Shown: positions 12,166 to 23,237, counted from the first letter of the stretch. The stretch is 64,000 nt of DNA from an uncultured Clostridia bacterium (GCA_949538735.1 CATGLK010000009.1:657-64656); one strand, 5' to 3'. Numbers and translations are program-made. Notes: generated from the sequence alone by a model not told the origin.

Positions 12166-13540
12166 ATGGAAAAAACAATCGCGTCAATCTCTACGGCACC
12201 TCGGAATTGGGGGAATTGGAATAATAAGAATGAGTGGAGAAAAATGTTTTGAAATATTAGAAAAAATATTTGAACAAAAGAATAAACAATCAATAGAAGA
12301 TATCAAAGGATATAGCATAAAATACGGAAATATAGTGGAAAATGGAGTAGTTGTAGATGAAGTACTAGTATCATATTTTAAAGCTCCTAAAAGCTACACA
12401 ACCGAGAATATGTGCGAAATAAACTCACATGGTGGAAATATAATAGTTAAAAAAATATTGGAATTATGCTTGAAAAATGGGGCAGAACTAGCAGAGCCAG
12501 GTGAATTTACAAAAAGAGCATTTTTAAATGGAAGAATTGACCTATTACAAGCAGAATCTGTAATAGATGTAATTAATGCTAAATCAGAAAGAGAAGCAAA
12601 AACTGGAATAAAGCAACTAGAAGGATATTTATCAAAAGAAATAGCAGATATTAAGCAAGAAATAATGAATGTAATGATAAATATAGAAGTTGCAATTGAT
12701 TACCCAGAGTACGATGTAGACGATGTTACGATTAATCAAATTAAAGAAATGTTAGAGAACACAGAAATCAAATTGAAAAAGCTAGAAAAAAGCTTTGATA
12801 ACGGAAAAATAATCAAAGAAGGCATAAAAACAGCTATTATAGGAAGACCAAATGCAGGAAAATCATCACTTTTAAATGCAATTTTAAAGGAAAATAGGGC
12901 AATAGTTACAGAATATGAAGGAACAACAAGAGATACAATTGAAGAATTCGTAAATATAAATGGAATTCCATTAAAATTAATAGATACAGCTGGAATAAGG
13001 GAAACATCAGATGAAGTGGAAAAAATAGGAGTTGCAAAATCAAGGGAAATAGCAGAAACAGCGGATTTAGTAATTGCAATATTCGATAGTTCAAAAGATT
13101 TAACAGAAGAAGATATGGAAATATTGGAACTGGCGAAAAGCAAGAAATCCGTAATAATATTAAACAAAATCGACTTAGAATCTAAAATAAACGAAGAAAC
13201 ACCTGAATTGAAAAGGGCAAGTGATTGTATAATTAAAATTTCAGCTTTAAATAAAATAGGAATTGAAAAATTGTATGACGAAATTACAAATTTATTTAAT
13301 TTAAACCAAATAAATTTAGATAATGAAATTGTAATTACAAATATTAGGCATAAAAATTTAATAACAAAAGCGATAGAAAGTGTAAAAAAGACAAAAGAGA
13401 CAATTGCAAATCAAATGCCATTAGATATTATAGCAATATTTATAAAAGACATTTTAGAAGCTTTAGGAAATATAACAGGAGAAGTTGTAACTGAAGATAT
13501 AATAGATGAAATTTTTGCCAAGTTCTGTTTAGGAAAATAA
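12166..13540 (+). CDS. mnmE: tRNA modification GTPase MnmE, with an apparent 1-nt frame discontinuity at 12202-12205. The track ORF starts at the internal ATG 12230.
   Basis: Frame 1 from ATG 12166 encodes MEKTIASISTAPR. Frame 2 from 12203 encodes GIGGIGIIRMSGEKC..., the conserved MnmE N-terminus. G-domain motifs GRPNAGKSSL and DTAGIRE are present, and the protein ends in CLGK. Confidence 0.85.
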
Positions 13541-13782
13541 TACAAAATAGACGCACGAAAATCAAAAATAAGCAATTTTGATATAAAAGCAGTGTAATTT
13601 TATATTGGATGAACAAAAATGAGAATATGGCGAATTTGAAAACAAATATAAAACTATAATAAATTTCAAAATAAATGTAAAATATAGTTGTTTTTCAAAA
13701 ATGAAACTAACTGTATTAGTTTTCTTAACCAAACATAAATACGCATTAACATAATTCAAAATTAACATAAATGTAATGTTCG

Positions 13783-13806
13783 CTTTTTCGACAAAATTCG
13801 ACAAAT
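13783..13806 (+). repeat. Direct repeat CTTTTTCGACAAAATTCGACAAAT. The same TTCGACAA x2 motif occurs at 1973-1993 and, inverted, at 47834-47854.
   Basis: Read directly. Confidence 0.6.
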
Positions 13807-14002
13807 GGACAAACACGTTGGTAGAGACGAAAGAGAGAGTAAAAAATAAAATGCAGAACAATCAACTAATTGGTATAGAAATACAACTAAGTAAGACAAA
13901 CGTGATTTTCTTGTTTCATATGGAAGTGGAACAATTGCTGTGGAACATTAGAAAAATTTAAAATATGAAAATAAAATAAATAAAAAATATGTCAGGGAGG
14001 AG

Positions 14003-14052
14003 TGTCCCCATTGGCAATAAATTGCCAAAAAGGTCCGTCCCCGATGGCAATA
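14003..14052. repeat. Family C element (TTGGCAATAAATTGCCAAAAAGGTCCGTCCCC) in the mnmG 5' leader.
   Basis: Shares the GGGACGGACCTTTTTGGCAA module with 47757-47800, 55411-55439 and 61242-61268. Confidence 0.65.
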
Positions 14053-14066
14053 AAAGGAGAAGAAAA

Positions 14067-15962
14067 ATGGAGTTAAAAAAAGGTGAATATTTTGCAGGAG
14101 ATTATGATGTGGCAGTTATTGGCGCTGGGCATGCTGGGTGTGAGGCTGGGCTTGCAGCGGCTAGGCTTGGTATGAAGACTTTGATTTTTTCTATAAGTTT
14201 AGAGGCTATAGCTAATATGCCATGTAATCCACATATTGGTGGAAGCTCAAAAGGTCATCTGGTTAGAGAGATTGATGCACTGGGTGGAGAGATGGGCAAG
14301 AATATTGATAAGACTATGATACAAATTAAAATGTTAAATACTTCGAAGGGACCAGCGGTGCATTCGTTGAGAGCGCAGGCTGATAGGAAGAGATATCAGG
14401 CGGAGATGAAACATACATTAGAGAAACAAGAAAATCTTGAAGTTAAACAGGGAGAAATTGTGGATATCTTTACCGAAAATGGACAAGTTAAGGCGATTAA
14501 AACAGATTTAGGGGCAATTTATAATGTAAAGGCTGTAATAGTTGCTACTGGAACTTATTTAAAAGGGAAGATTTTTATTGGTGAATATTCTAAGGAGAGT
14601 GGCCCAGATGGTGTTGCAGCAGCAAACCAATTATCAGAGGCGTTGAAAAGAATGGGAATAGAGCTTATAAGGTTTAAAACTGGTACTCCTGCTAGAATAA
14701 ATAGAAGAAGTATTGATTTTAGTAAAATGGAGGTCCAAAAGGGAGATCAAGGCATAGAAGCGTTTTCTTTTGAGAATGAACCTAAGGATTTTGAACAAGT
14801 AGATTGCTATTTAACTTATACGAATGAAGAAACTCATAAAATTATTAGAGAAAATCTACAAAGGTCACCACTATATGCTGGAATGATTGAAGGTACAGGG
14901 CCTAGATATTGCCCATCAATAGAGGATAAAGTTGTAAGATTTAGCGATAAACCAAGACATCAAGCTTTTGTAGAGCCAGTTGGACTAGATACAGAGGAAA
15001 TGTATATACAAGGAATAAGTTCTTCATTGCCAGAAGATGTGCAAATAGCTTTATATCATACAATTCCTGGGTTAGAAAAAGCTGAGTTTACAAGACCAGC
15101 ATATGCAATAGAATATGATTGTATAGATCCTTCAAATTTGAAATTATCGCTAGAATATAAAGGAATAAATGGATTATTTATGGCTGGTCAAATAAATGGT
15201 ACATCAGGATATGAAGAAGCAGCTTGTCAAGGCTTGATTGCAGGGATAAATAGTGCAAGAAAAATAAAAGGACAAGAACCTGTTATTTTAGATAGAACCC
15301 AAGGTTATATAGGTGTTTTAATTGATGATATTGTTACTAAAGGAACGAATGAACCATATAGAATGATGACTTCTAGGGCGGAATATAGGCTATTGCTAAG
15401 ACAAGACAATGCAGATTTAAGGCTAACTCCAATAGGATATGAAGTTGGGCTAATATCAAAAGAAAGATATGAAAGGTTTGAAACTAAAAGGGCAAATATA
15501 GAAAAAGAAGTGAAAAGATTAAGAGAATTGACAGTAAAACCAACAAAAGAAGTTAATGAATTATTAAGTACTAATGATACATCAGAGCTTACAACAGGTA
15601 CAAAAATGGCTGAATTGCTAAAAAGAACAGAGCTAACATACGATAAATTGGCACAAATAGATAGCCAAAGGCCAGAACTTACAAAACAAGAAAGAGAAGA
15701 AGTGGAAATACAAATAAAATATGAAGGATATATCAAACTACAAGAAGGTCAAGTTGAAAAATTTAAAAACTTAGAAACAAAGATGTTATCAGAAGAACTA
15801 GATTATGATAAAATAAAAGGAATTAGTTTAGAAGGAAGACAAAAACTAAACAAATTTAAACCACGTTCAATTGGCCAAGCGTCAAGAATATCAGGAGTTT
15901 CACCAGCTGATATATCAGTATTATTGGTATATTTAAAACAAATGAAAGGAAATACAAAATAA
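14067..15962 (+). CDS. mnmG: tRNA uridine 5-carboxymethylaminomethyl modification enzyme MnmG (GidA)
   Basis: FAD-binding GAGHAGCEA motif near the N-terminus. RBS AAAAGGAGAAG precedes ATG 14067. The track ORF start (13989) reads through the repeat and is probably spurious. Confidence 0.9.
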   Translation: MELKKGEYFAGDYDVAVIGAGHAGCEAGLAAARLGMKTLIFSISLEAIANMPCNPHIGGSSKGHLVREIDALGGEMGKNIDKTMIQIKMLNTSKGPAVHSLRAQADRKRYQAEMKHTLEKQENLEVKQGEIVDIFTENGQVKAIKTDLGAIYNVKAVIVATGTYLKGKIFIGEYSKESGPDGVAAANQLSEALKRMGIELIRFKTGTPARINRRSIDFSKMEVQKGDQGIEAFSFENEPKDFEQVDCYLTYTNEETHKIIRENLQRSPLYAGMIEGTGPRYCPSIEDKVVRFSDKPRHQAFVEPVGLDTEEMYIQGISSSLPEDVQIALYHTIPGLEKAEFTRPAYAIEYDCIDPSNLKLSLEYKGINGLFMAGQINGTSGYEEAACQGLIAGINSARKIKGQEPVILDRTQGYIGVLIDDIVTKGTNEPYRMMTSRAEYRLLLRQDNADLRLTPIGYEVGLISKERYERFETKRANIEKEVKRLRELTVKPTKEVNELLSTNDTSELTTGTKMAELLKRTELTYDKLAQIDSQRPELTKQEREEVEIQIKYEGYIKLQEGQVEKFKNLETKMLSEELDYDKIKGISLEGRQKLNKFKPRSIGQASRISGVSPADISVLLVYLKQMKGNTK

Positions 15963-15963
15963 T

Positions 15964-16686
15964 ATGGAAATAGAAAAATTTGAAGAAATCCTTAATAAAT
16001 ATTTAAAAGAAATAAATATGGAGTTGAAAAAAGAACAAACAGAAAAATTCTACAAATATATGAACTTATTATTAGAATGGAATGAAAAAATAAATTTAAC
16101 AGCAATTACAGAACCAGAAGAAGTAATTTTGAAGCATTTTGTAGATTCATTAACAATATCTAAATACATAGAAAAAGACTCAAAGCTAGTAGATATGGGA
16201 ACTGGTGCGGGATTTCCAGGAATACCACTTAAAATTCTAAGAGATGATATTGAAATAACATTAGCAGATTCATTAAATAAAAGAATAAACTTTTTAAATG
16301 AAGTTATTAAAGAATTAAACCTAAAAAATATTCAAACAGTACACACAAGAGCAGAAGAGTTTGGAAAAAACAAAAAATACAGAGAAAGCTTTGATATTGC
16401 AACATCAAGAGCAGTAGCAAACCTTTCAACATTATCTGAATACTTAATACCACTAGTAAAACCAAGCGGAAAAACAATATGTATGAAAGGTTCAGAGATA
16501 AAAGAAGAAGTAGAAATGGCAAAAAAAGCAATAGAAATTCTTGGTGGAAAAATAGAACAAGAAGAAAGTTTTAACCTACCAAATAGTGATATGAAAAGGA
16601 ATGTAATAATCATAAAAAAAGTAAAGAACACACCGGCTAAATACCCTAGAAAACCAGGTATGCCGGCAAAAGAACCAATTAGATAG
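15964..16686 (+). CDS. rsmG: 16S rRNA m7G527 methyltransferase RsmG (GidB)
   Basis: 240 aa, SAM motif DMGTGAGFPGIPL, synteny. Confidence 0.9.
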   Translation: MEIEKFEEILNKYLKEINMELKKEQTEKFYKYMNLLLEWNEKINLTAITEPEEVILKHFVDSLTISKYIEKDSKLVDMGTGAGFPGIPLKILRDDIEITLADSLNKRINFLNEVIKELNLKNIQTVHTRAEEFGKNKKYRESFDIATSRAVANLSTLSEYLIPLVKPSGKTICMKGSEIKEEVEMAKKAIEILGGKIEQEESFNLPNSDMKRNVIIIKKVKNTPAKYPRKPGMPAKEPIR

Positions 16687-16828
16687 AACGCAAAAAAAGC
16701 TAGAAAAAAAGTCAAAAAATTTCTCTAAATTTATTGACTTTTTTATTATATTTATATATTATAGAAGTAGAAATGAAAGCGACTAAGGGGTAAAAATTTA
16801 CTATTGAATAAAATGGGAGGCAATTAAA

Positions 16829-17617
16829 TTGGGAAAAATAATATCAGTAGCTAATCAAAAAGGTGGAGTAGGAAAAACTACAACAACAGTTAATTTAGGA
16901 ACTATTCTAGCAAAAAAAGGGAAAAAAGTACTATTAATAGATGCAGACCCACAAGGTAATGCAACAAGTGGGCTAGGAGTAGAAAAAGAAGTAGAAAATA
17001 CAACATATGACATACTAGTAAATGACGTAACAATGGAAGAAACAATACAAGACTCATCAATAAAAAACCTAAAAGTATGTCCAGCAAATATGAGCCTAGC
17101 AGGAGCAGAAGTAGAACTAGTTTCAATGATGTCAAGAGAACAAAGACTAAAAGAAAAATTAGAAGAAGTAAAAGATCAATTTGACTATATCCTAATAGAT
17201 TGTCCACCATCATTAGGACTAATAACACTAAACTCATTTACAGCATCAAACAGTGTACTAATACCAGTACAATGTGAATACTTTGCGTTAGAAGGACTAG
17301 GACAACTACTAAACACAATAGAAAGAGTAAGAAAATACCTAAATAAAGAAATACAAATAGAAGGTGCATTGCTAACAATGTATGACGCAAGAACAAATCT
17401 TTCAAACCAAGTAGTAAAAGAAGTAAAAAAATACTTCAATGACAAAGTATACAAAACAGTAATACCAAGAAATGTAAGACTAAGCGAAGCTCCAAGCTAT
17501 GGAATGCCAATAACAGAATATGATGCACGTTCAAAAGGAGCAAAAAGCTATGTAAAATTTGCAAGAGAATTTTTAAAAGCAAATGAAGAAGAAAGAAAAG
17601 CAAAACATATGGGATAA
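16829..17617 (+). CDS. soj: ParA/Soj chromosome partitioning ATPase
   Basis: TTG start, deviant Walker A KGGVGKTT. Confidence 0.9.
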   Translation: MGKIISVANQKGGVGKTTTTVNLGTILAKKGKKVLLIDADPQGNATSGLGVEKEVENTTYDILVNDVTMEETIQDSSIKNLKVCPANMSLAGAEVELVSMMSREQRLKEKLEEVKDQFDYILIDCPPSLGLITLNSFTASNSVLIPVQCEYFALEGLGQLLNTIERVRKYLNKEIQIEGALLTMYDARTNLSNQVVKEVKKYFNDKVYKTVIPRNVRLSEAPSYGMPITEYDARSKGAKSYVKFAREFLKANEEERKAKHMG

Positions 17618-17692
17618 AACTGCAAACTGTGAAATAGGGAATTTTATAAAGATGAAAAAGAATAACAAAAATAAGATATAGGGGGAATAAAA

Positions 17693-18532
17693 ATGGCAAA
17701 AATGACAGGACTAGGAAAAGGCCTAGACGCACTATTTGGTCCAGCACCAGTAGAAGAGCAACAACAAGAAAATGACATATTAAAAACATTAAAAATAACA
17801 GAAGTAGAACCAAACAGAGACCAACCAAGAAAAAGATTTGATCAAGAAGCATTAGAGGAACTAGCTCAATCAATATCAGAATATGGATTAATACAACCAA
17901 TAGTAGTAACAAAAAAAGACGGGTATTACAGCATAATAGCAGGAGAAAGAAGATGGAGAGCATCTAAAATAGCTGGAAAAACAGAAATACCAGCAATAAT
18001 AAGAGAAGATGACGAAAAAATAAACTCAGAAATATCATTAATAGAAAATATGCAAAGAGAAGACTTAAACCCAGTAGAAAAAGCAATGGGAATAAAAACA
18101 CTAATTGACAACTATGGAATGTCACAAGAAGAAGTTGCAAAAAAATTAGGAAAGGGTAGAAGCACAGTAGCTAACTGGGTAAGAGTACTAAATTTGGAAC
18201 CACGTGTATTAGAAATGGCAAAAGAGGGTAAAATAACAGAAGGACACTGCAAAGCGTTACTTGCAATAACAGACCCTGAAAAACAATATCAAACAGCAAT
18301 ACATATGTTAGAAAGAAATCAAACAGTAAGACAAATAGAGAAAAAATCAAAAATAAAACAAACAACTGAAGAAGAAAAAAGAAACCACGTACTATACAAA
18401 AGTATAGAAAACACATTCCAAGGATTTTTCGGGTCAAAAGTAAGATTAGACGCAGGAAGAAGACGTGGAAAAATAATAATAGAATATACATCAAATGACG
18501 ACTTAGAAAGAATATTAGGCCTAATACAATAA
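17693..18532 (+). CDS. spo0J: ParB/Spo0J
   Basis: 279 aa, ParB box GERRWRA, helix-turn-helix. Confidence 0.9.
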   Translation: MAKMTGLGKGLDALFGPAPVEEQQQENDILKTLKITEVEPNRDQPRKRFDQEALEELAQSISEYGLIQPIVVTKKDGYYSIIAGERRWRASKIAGKTEIPAIIREDDEKINSEISLIENMQREDLNPVEKAMGIKTLIDNYGMSQEEVAKKLGKGRSTVANWVRVLNLEPRVLEMAKEGKITEGHCKALLAITDPEKQYQTAIHMLERNQTVRQIEKKSKIKQTTEEEKRNHVLYKSIENTFQGFFGSKVRLDAGRRRGKIIIEYTSNDDLERILGLIQ

Positions 18533-18587
18533 TTTAGAAGTAATAGGCTTGATATAACAACAAAATAAAAAGAAAAGAGTTGATTAT

Positions 18588-19085
18588 ATGGAAGAAATAA
18601 TTAATACCATAGGAATGAACAATATCATAATTATATCAATTGCTATAAACTTCATACTACTAATAGCTTTTTTAGTGGTGTCTGCAAAGGTATCTAAATT
18701 AAACAAAAAATATAAAGAATTTATGCAAAAATTAGGAAACGGTAAAAATATAGAAGAAGACTTAGAAAATTATATGTATAGAGTTGAAAGAGTTGAAAAG
18801 CAAAATGGAGAGATAAATTCTGTTATAAAAGGTTTGGATAAGGATTTAAAGAAGTGTATTCAAAAAATAGGCATTGTTAGATATAATGCTTTTAAAGATG
18901 TGGGAAGCGATTTGAGCTTTACTCTTGCTTTGCTTGACGAGAATGATGATGGTGTTGTGCTTAATGGTATTTATTCAAGAGAAATGTCAAATATTTACGC
19001 TAAGCCTGTGGAGAAGGGAAAATCAAGTTATACTCTTTCAGAAGAAGAACAAGAAGCAATTAAAAAAGCTGTTGCAATAAATTAA
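18588..19085 (+). CDS. DUF4446-like membrane-anchored coiled-coil protein commonly found after parB
   Basis: N-terminal TM then coiled coil, with conserved position downstream of parB in Firmicutes. Confidence 0.55.
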   Translation: MEEIINTIGMNNIIIISIAINFILLIAFLVVSAKVSKLNKKYKEFMQKLGNGKNIEEDLENYMYRVERVEKQNGEINSVIKGLDKDLKKCIQKIGIVRYNAFKDVGSDLSFTLALLDENDDGVVLNGIYSREMSNIYAKPVEKGKSSYTLSEEEQEAIKKAVAIN

Positions 19086-19137
19086 TTTTATAAAAAGGAT
19101 CAAAATAACAGATTTGGAAAGGTATGATGAATAAGAG

Positions 19138-20598
19138 ATGGTAAAAGATGAAAGATATTTAATTGATTTAATTCATTATTTGGTTAAATTTCCCAAAGAA
19201 ACTGAATGGTTAGAGTTTAAAACAAATTATTTTCAAGCTGATGAAATTGGTAAATATGTTAGTGCATTATCAAATTCAGCGACTTTGTATGAAAAAAATT
19301 GCGGATATATGATTTGGGGAGTAGATGATGAAACTCACGAAATTGTTGGGACAAGTTTCGATTATGAAACTAAAAAAGTTGGAAATGAAGAATTTCAAAA
19401 CTGGTTACATAGATTGCTAAAACCTAAAATTAATTTTGAATTTTACAAAGTAAAAATCGATGGCAAAGATATAATTATATTAGAAATACCAAAAGCTGAA
19501 AATGTTGTTACTAAATTTAAAAATGAAGCATACATAAGAGTTGGTACATCAAAAAAATCGCTAAACGAAGCCCCATTGAAGGAAAAAGCGTTATGGAAAA
19601 TTTTAAATGCAACATCTTTTGAAGAAGGTATTGCTGTTGAGAATATTTCAGAAGATATAGTATTAGAAAAATTAGACACAGAGGCATATTTTACTTTATT
19701 AGATATTCCTATTCCAGATGATAAAGCAGGAGTTATTCATTATTTACAACAAGACAGATTGATTTTAAAAGAAGATACAGGTAATTGGAGTATTACAAAT
19801 TTGGGGGCAATTTTATTAGCTAAAAATTTAGATGACTTTAATACTGTGAAAAGAAAAGGCATAAGAGTTATTCATTATAGAGGAAATAATAAATTAGAAA
19901 CAATAAGAGAACAAGTTGGAACCAAAGGATATGCTATTGATTTTGAAAATATTATTGATATTGTGGATAATATTATTCCTAGAAATGAAGTAATAGGAAA
20001 AGCGTTAAGAAAAGAAGTTCCTATGTATCCAGAACTAGCAATACGTGAATTAATAGCTAATAGCGTTGTGCATCAGGATTTTTCAATTTCTGGAACAAGC
20101 CCTATGATTGAGATTTTTGATGATAGAATAGAAATTACAAATCCAGGAATTCCTTTAGTAGAAACAGATAGATTTTTAGATAATCCACCAAAGTCAAGAA
20201 ATGAGCAATTAGCATCATTTTTGAGAAGAATTGGTGTATGTGAAGAAAGAGGAAGTGGATTTGATAAAGTCGTAGCTAAAACAGAAGATTTTCAGTTGCC
20301 AGCACCTAAAATAGATGTCTATAAAGAACATACTAAAGTAACATTGTTTGCACATATTCCATATTCAAAAATGGATAAAGAAGATAAATTAAGAGCTTGT
20401 TATTTACATGCTTGTTTAAAATATGTAAATAATGACTATTTAACAAACACAAGCTTGAGAGAAAGGTTTGGGATAGAGCAGAGAAATAATGCTATGGTTT
20501 CAAGAATTATAAAAAATGGAATTCAAGACAATCTGATTAAAGCATATAGTGAAGATACAGCACCAAGATACATGAAATATGTTCCATACTGGGCTTAA
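19138..20598 (+). CDS. Putative ATP-binding regulator with an AlbA_2 (Schlafen-like) N-domain and a RecG-C-terminal-like HATPase_c_4 domain
   Basis: 486 aa. Domain assignment is from remembered motifs (ELAIRELIANSVVHQDF), so it is moderate-confidence inference. Confidence 0.5.
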   Translation: MVKDERYLIDLIHYLVKFPKETEWLEFKTNYFQADEIGKYVSALSNSATLYEKNCGYMIWGVDDETHEIVGTSFDYETKKVGNEEFQNWLHRLLKPKINFEFYKVKIDGKDIIILEIPKAENVVTKFKNEAYIRVGTSKKSLNEAPLKEKALWKILNATSFEEGIAVENISEDIVLEKLDTEAYFTLLDIPIPDDKAGVIHYLQQDRLILKEDTGNWSITNLGAILLAKNLDDFNTVKRKGIRVIHYRGNNKLETIREQVGTKGYAIDFENIIDIVDNIIPRNEVIGKALRKEVPMYPELAIRELIANSVVHQDFSISGTSPMIEIFDDRIEITNPGIPLVETDRFLDNPPKSRNEQLASFLRRIGVCEERGSGFDKVVAKTEDFQLPAPKIDVYKEHTKVTLFAHIPYSKMDKEDKLRACYLHACLKYVNNDYLTNTSLRERFGIEQRNNAMVSRIIKNGIQDNLIKAYSEDTAPRYMKYVPYWA

Positions 20599-20816
20599 TT
20601 TAACTTGATTGTAACTTGATTTTTAAATACAAAAGTTTTTTTAAAATTCAGGAATTCCTAATAAATCAAGGACTTTAAATCTTTATGTAAAATGATTTTA
20701 ACTTGACGGTAACTTGATTGTAGATAAAATAAATGAAAAAAGTTAAAAATTACTATTGACAAATGTCTTTAAAAATGCTAATATAAATACTGTCGCTAGA
20801 CATTTGTCTAAGATAT

Positions 20817-20908
<92 letters not shown>

Positions 20909-20962
20909 AACAATAAAGTTAGGTATTAACAATATTAAAATATCTAACTTTTATTTATAAAT

Positions 20963-21052
20963 GGAGATGTACCCAAGTGGTGAAGGGGACTGTTTGCTAA
21001 ACAGTTAGGTCGAGAAATCGGCGCGGAGGTTCGAACCCTCTCATCTCCGCCA
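20963..21052 (+). tRNA. tRNA-Ser (anticodon GCT), long variable arm
   Basis: Acceptor stem GGAGATG/CATCTCC, anticodon loop TTGCTAA, encoded CCA. Terminator hairpin at 21063-21100. Confidence 0.85.
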
Positions 21053-21392
21053 ATACAACGATTACTAAAAAACAGCAAAGTGTTTAAAACACGATGCTGT
21101 TTTCTTTTATAAAGAAGATTAACCAATAAAACAATTACCAATATTAAAATAAAGGCTAATGATGTTTTAAATAGAATTTCTCCAATGTAGTGAAGCAATG
21201 CTGTTAAAACAGTTAGCAAAACTAATGCAATTGTAAGTGCTAGACTTATTCGTAATAAAGATTTCATTTTCATAAAGTTTCTCCTATAATGTGGTTTTAA
21301 TTTATTATATTGGCGCTATTAGTCTCCTCCCTATTTAAAATATTGTCTAAGTATAAAAAGATACCTACGAAAGGTATCTTGAACAAAGGAGA

Positions 21393-21725
21393 TTAAAGCA
21401 TAACAATGCCTACAAATAAGGTTGCAAAAATTAAAAATAGAAAACTTAAGGCTTTCAAAATCAATTTTCCTATAATTTCAAAAACTGGCAAAATTAATGC
21501 TATAAAAGCAAATATTATGCAGATCCATAGTAAATAGTTTATTATATTTTCTACTTCAAATATCCATAAAATGAATTGCGTAAATAAAAGTGAAAATATT
21601 AGTATAAGCCAAAAACCAGTATTGTTTGGTTCAATTGCAATAGCAAGAGCCCACCGCAAAAATGTAAAAGAAGCAATACCGATTAAAATGGAAACAGCAG
21701 TCAAAGCTAAAGATTTTAAGTTCAT
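21393..21725 (-). CDS. Small polytopic membrane protein (110 aa, about 4 TM)
   Basis: Hydrophobicity pattern. Terminator hairpin 21357-21381 downstream. Confidence 0.4.
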   Translation of the reverse strand: MNLKSLALTAVSILIGIASFTFLRWALAIAIEPNNTGFWLILIFSLLFTQFILWIFEVENIINYLLWICIIFAFIALILPVFEIIGKLILKALSFLFLIFATLFVGIVML

Positions 21726-22043
21726 AAATTTTCCTCCTGTGAAGCTAGTAGCTTCAGATAAACAACAGTAGTAATAATCTCCTTTCTATTATAAGCGATT
21801 TAGTTTAATCACTTAAAAAAACTGTTGACAGAAATAGTTTAACATAATGTTTTAAAAATGTCAACTAAATAAGTGATGATTTTCAAGAAGTTTGGCGTTG
21901 TGTGGCAATAATAAATTGTATAATAATGAAAATATGTATAAAATTTGTACAAAAGTTTACAATAGTGGTAAAAATGTTGAAAAAAATATTAAAATAAGTT
22001 ATAATAATAATGAAGGAACTATAAAATATATAGGAGAAAAAAT

Positions 22044-22403
22044 ATGAAAAGAAATATGTTAAAATTAATGTGTGCAATACTACTTATTATAATACTTAGC
22101 GTTTTATATATAACGCCATATTGTTATGCGGGACAAGGAGATATTAACACAAATAACTATAAACCGACTAAAGAAGGTGGAACAAGAGCAGCAGAAATAG
22201 GTAACAAAATAATAGGAATATTACAACAAATAGGAAGTATTGTTTCGGTAATTGCATTAGTAGGAATGGGAATAAAATATATGGTTGGTAGTACTGAAGA
22301 AAAAGCAGAATATAAAAAGACTATGATGCCGTATTTTATAGGTGCGATATTAGTATTTGCTACCACAAATGTACTAGCTATGATAAGCAATATATTTGAA
22401 TAG
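22044..22403 (+). CDS. VirB2/TrbC-like T4SS pilin-family protein, paralog 1
   Basis: Signal peptide (cleavage about CYA/G), variable region, then a conserved two-helix hairpin IGSIVSVIALVGMGIKYMVGSTEEKAEYKKTMMPYFIGAILVFA. Promoter TTGAAA-17-TATAAT at 21996-22024. Confidence 0.65.
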   Translation: MKRNMLKLMCAILLIIILSVLYITPYCYAGQGDINTNNYKPTKEGGTRAAEIGNKIIGILQQIGSIVSVIALVGMGIKYMVGSTEEKAEYKKTMMPYFIGAILVFATTNVLAMISNIFE

Positions 22404-22415
22404 GAGGTAGAACGA

Positions 22416-22757
22416 ATGAAAGCAATACAAAAAATTGTGATAATATTAACAATAATAGTTATGATATTAATAATTTTCAGTAGCAGTATATATGCATTTG
22501 AAGTTGGAGATTTTAGTGGAACTCCAATTAATAATAAGGAATTGGATAATGCAGGAAATAAAATAATAACAGTAATTAGTACAATTGGATCTGTTGTTTC
22601 TGTAATTGTGCTAGTTGTGATAGGAATTAAATATATGATAGGAAGTGTAGAAGAAAAAGCAGAGTATAAAAGAACACTAATGCCATATGTAATTGGTGCA
22701 GGACTAGTGTTTGCAGCATCAGCAATAGCAGGAGCAATTTATAATATGGTAAAATAA
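22416..22757 (+). CDS. VirB2/TrbC-like pilin-family protein, paralog 2
   Basis: Same architecture (IGSVVSVIVLVVIGIKYMIGSVEEKAEYKRTLMPYVIGAGLVFAA). Lies 12 nt after paralog 1 and is probably co-transcribed. Confidence 0.65.
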   Translation: MKAIQKIVIILTIIVMILIIFSSSIYAFEVGDFSGTPINNKELDNAGNKIITVISTIGSVVSVIVLVVIGIKYMIGSVEEKAEYKRTLMPYVIGAGLVFAASAIAGAIYNMVK

Positions 22758-22871
22758 TAATATTATAGCGATGAAAAAGTTGAAAAATGTAAAAAAGTAT
22801 GCTATAATATATTGTGTAAAATGTTTTTAAATGTTAAAATATAATTAAAAATAGAAAGGGAGGAATAGAAG

Positions 22872-23237
22872 ATGAAAAAATTATCAAAAATATTAGCAAT
22901 AGTTATGATTGTAACAATGTTATGTATGACAGTTGCAACTATATCAATGGCAGCAACAGCAGCACCAGATCCAAAACAATACACAGGTACAGATACAGAT
23001 GTTGAAGGAATTACTAATATAGGAAATCAAGTTATTACTATTGTAAGTACAGTAGGATCAATAGCTTCTGTTATTGTATTGGTTATATTAGGTCTTAAAT
23101 ATATGATGGGTAGTGCAGAAGAAAAAGCAGAATACAAGAAAACATTAATGCCATACATAATTGGTGCGGCACTAGTATTTGCAGCATCAGCAATCTCAGG
23201 AATAATCTTCAGTTTTACACAAGGTTTAGGTGGATAA
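22872..23237 (+). CDS. VirB2/TrbC-like pilin-family protein, paralog 3
   Basis: Same C-terminal module (VGSIASVIVLVILGLKYMMGSAEEKAEYKKTLMPYIIGAALVFAA). Own promoter TTGAAA-17-TATAAT at 22781-22809. Confidence 0.65.
   Translation: MKKLSKILAIVMIVTMLCMTVATISMAATAAPDPKQYTGTDTDVEGITNIGNQVITIVSTVGSIASVIVLVILGLKYMMGSAEEKAEYKKTLMPYIIGAALVFAASAISGIIFSFTQGLGG

Noticed and set aside
16307-18494. Many Leu/Phe-rich antisense ORFs inside rsmG, parA, parB, dnaX, pgcA and others (for example 16902-17237 -, 17436-17963 -, 18171-18494 -, 54279-54783 -)
   Set aside because: They are low-complexity translations of the AT-rich antisense strands of conserved genes. They are artefacts of base composition.
20944-21273. 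109-aa minus-strand ORF predicted as a membrane protein
   Set aside because: Its 3' third is antisense to tRNA-Ser(GCT) and its terminator. At best a shorter hydrophobic micro-ORF exists. Not reported as a gene.
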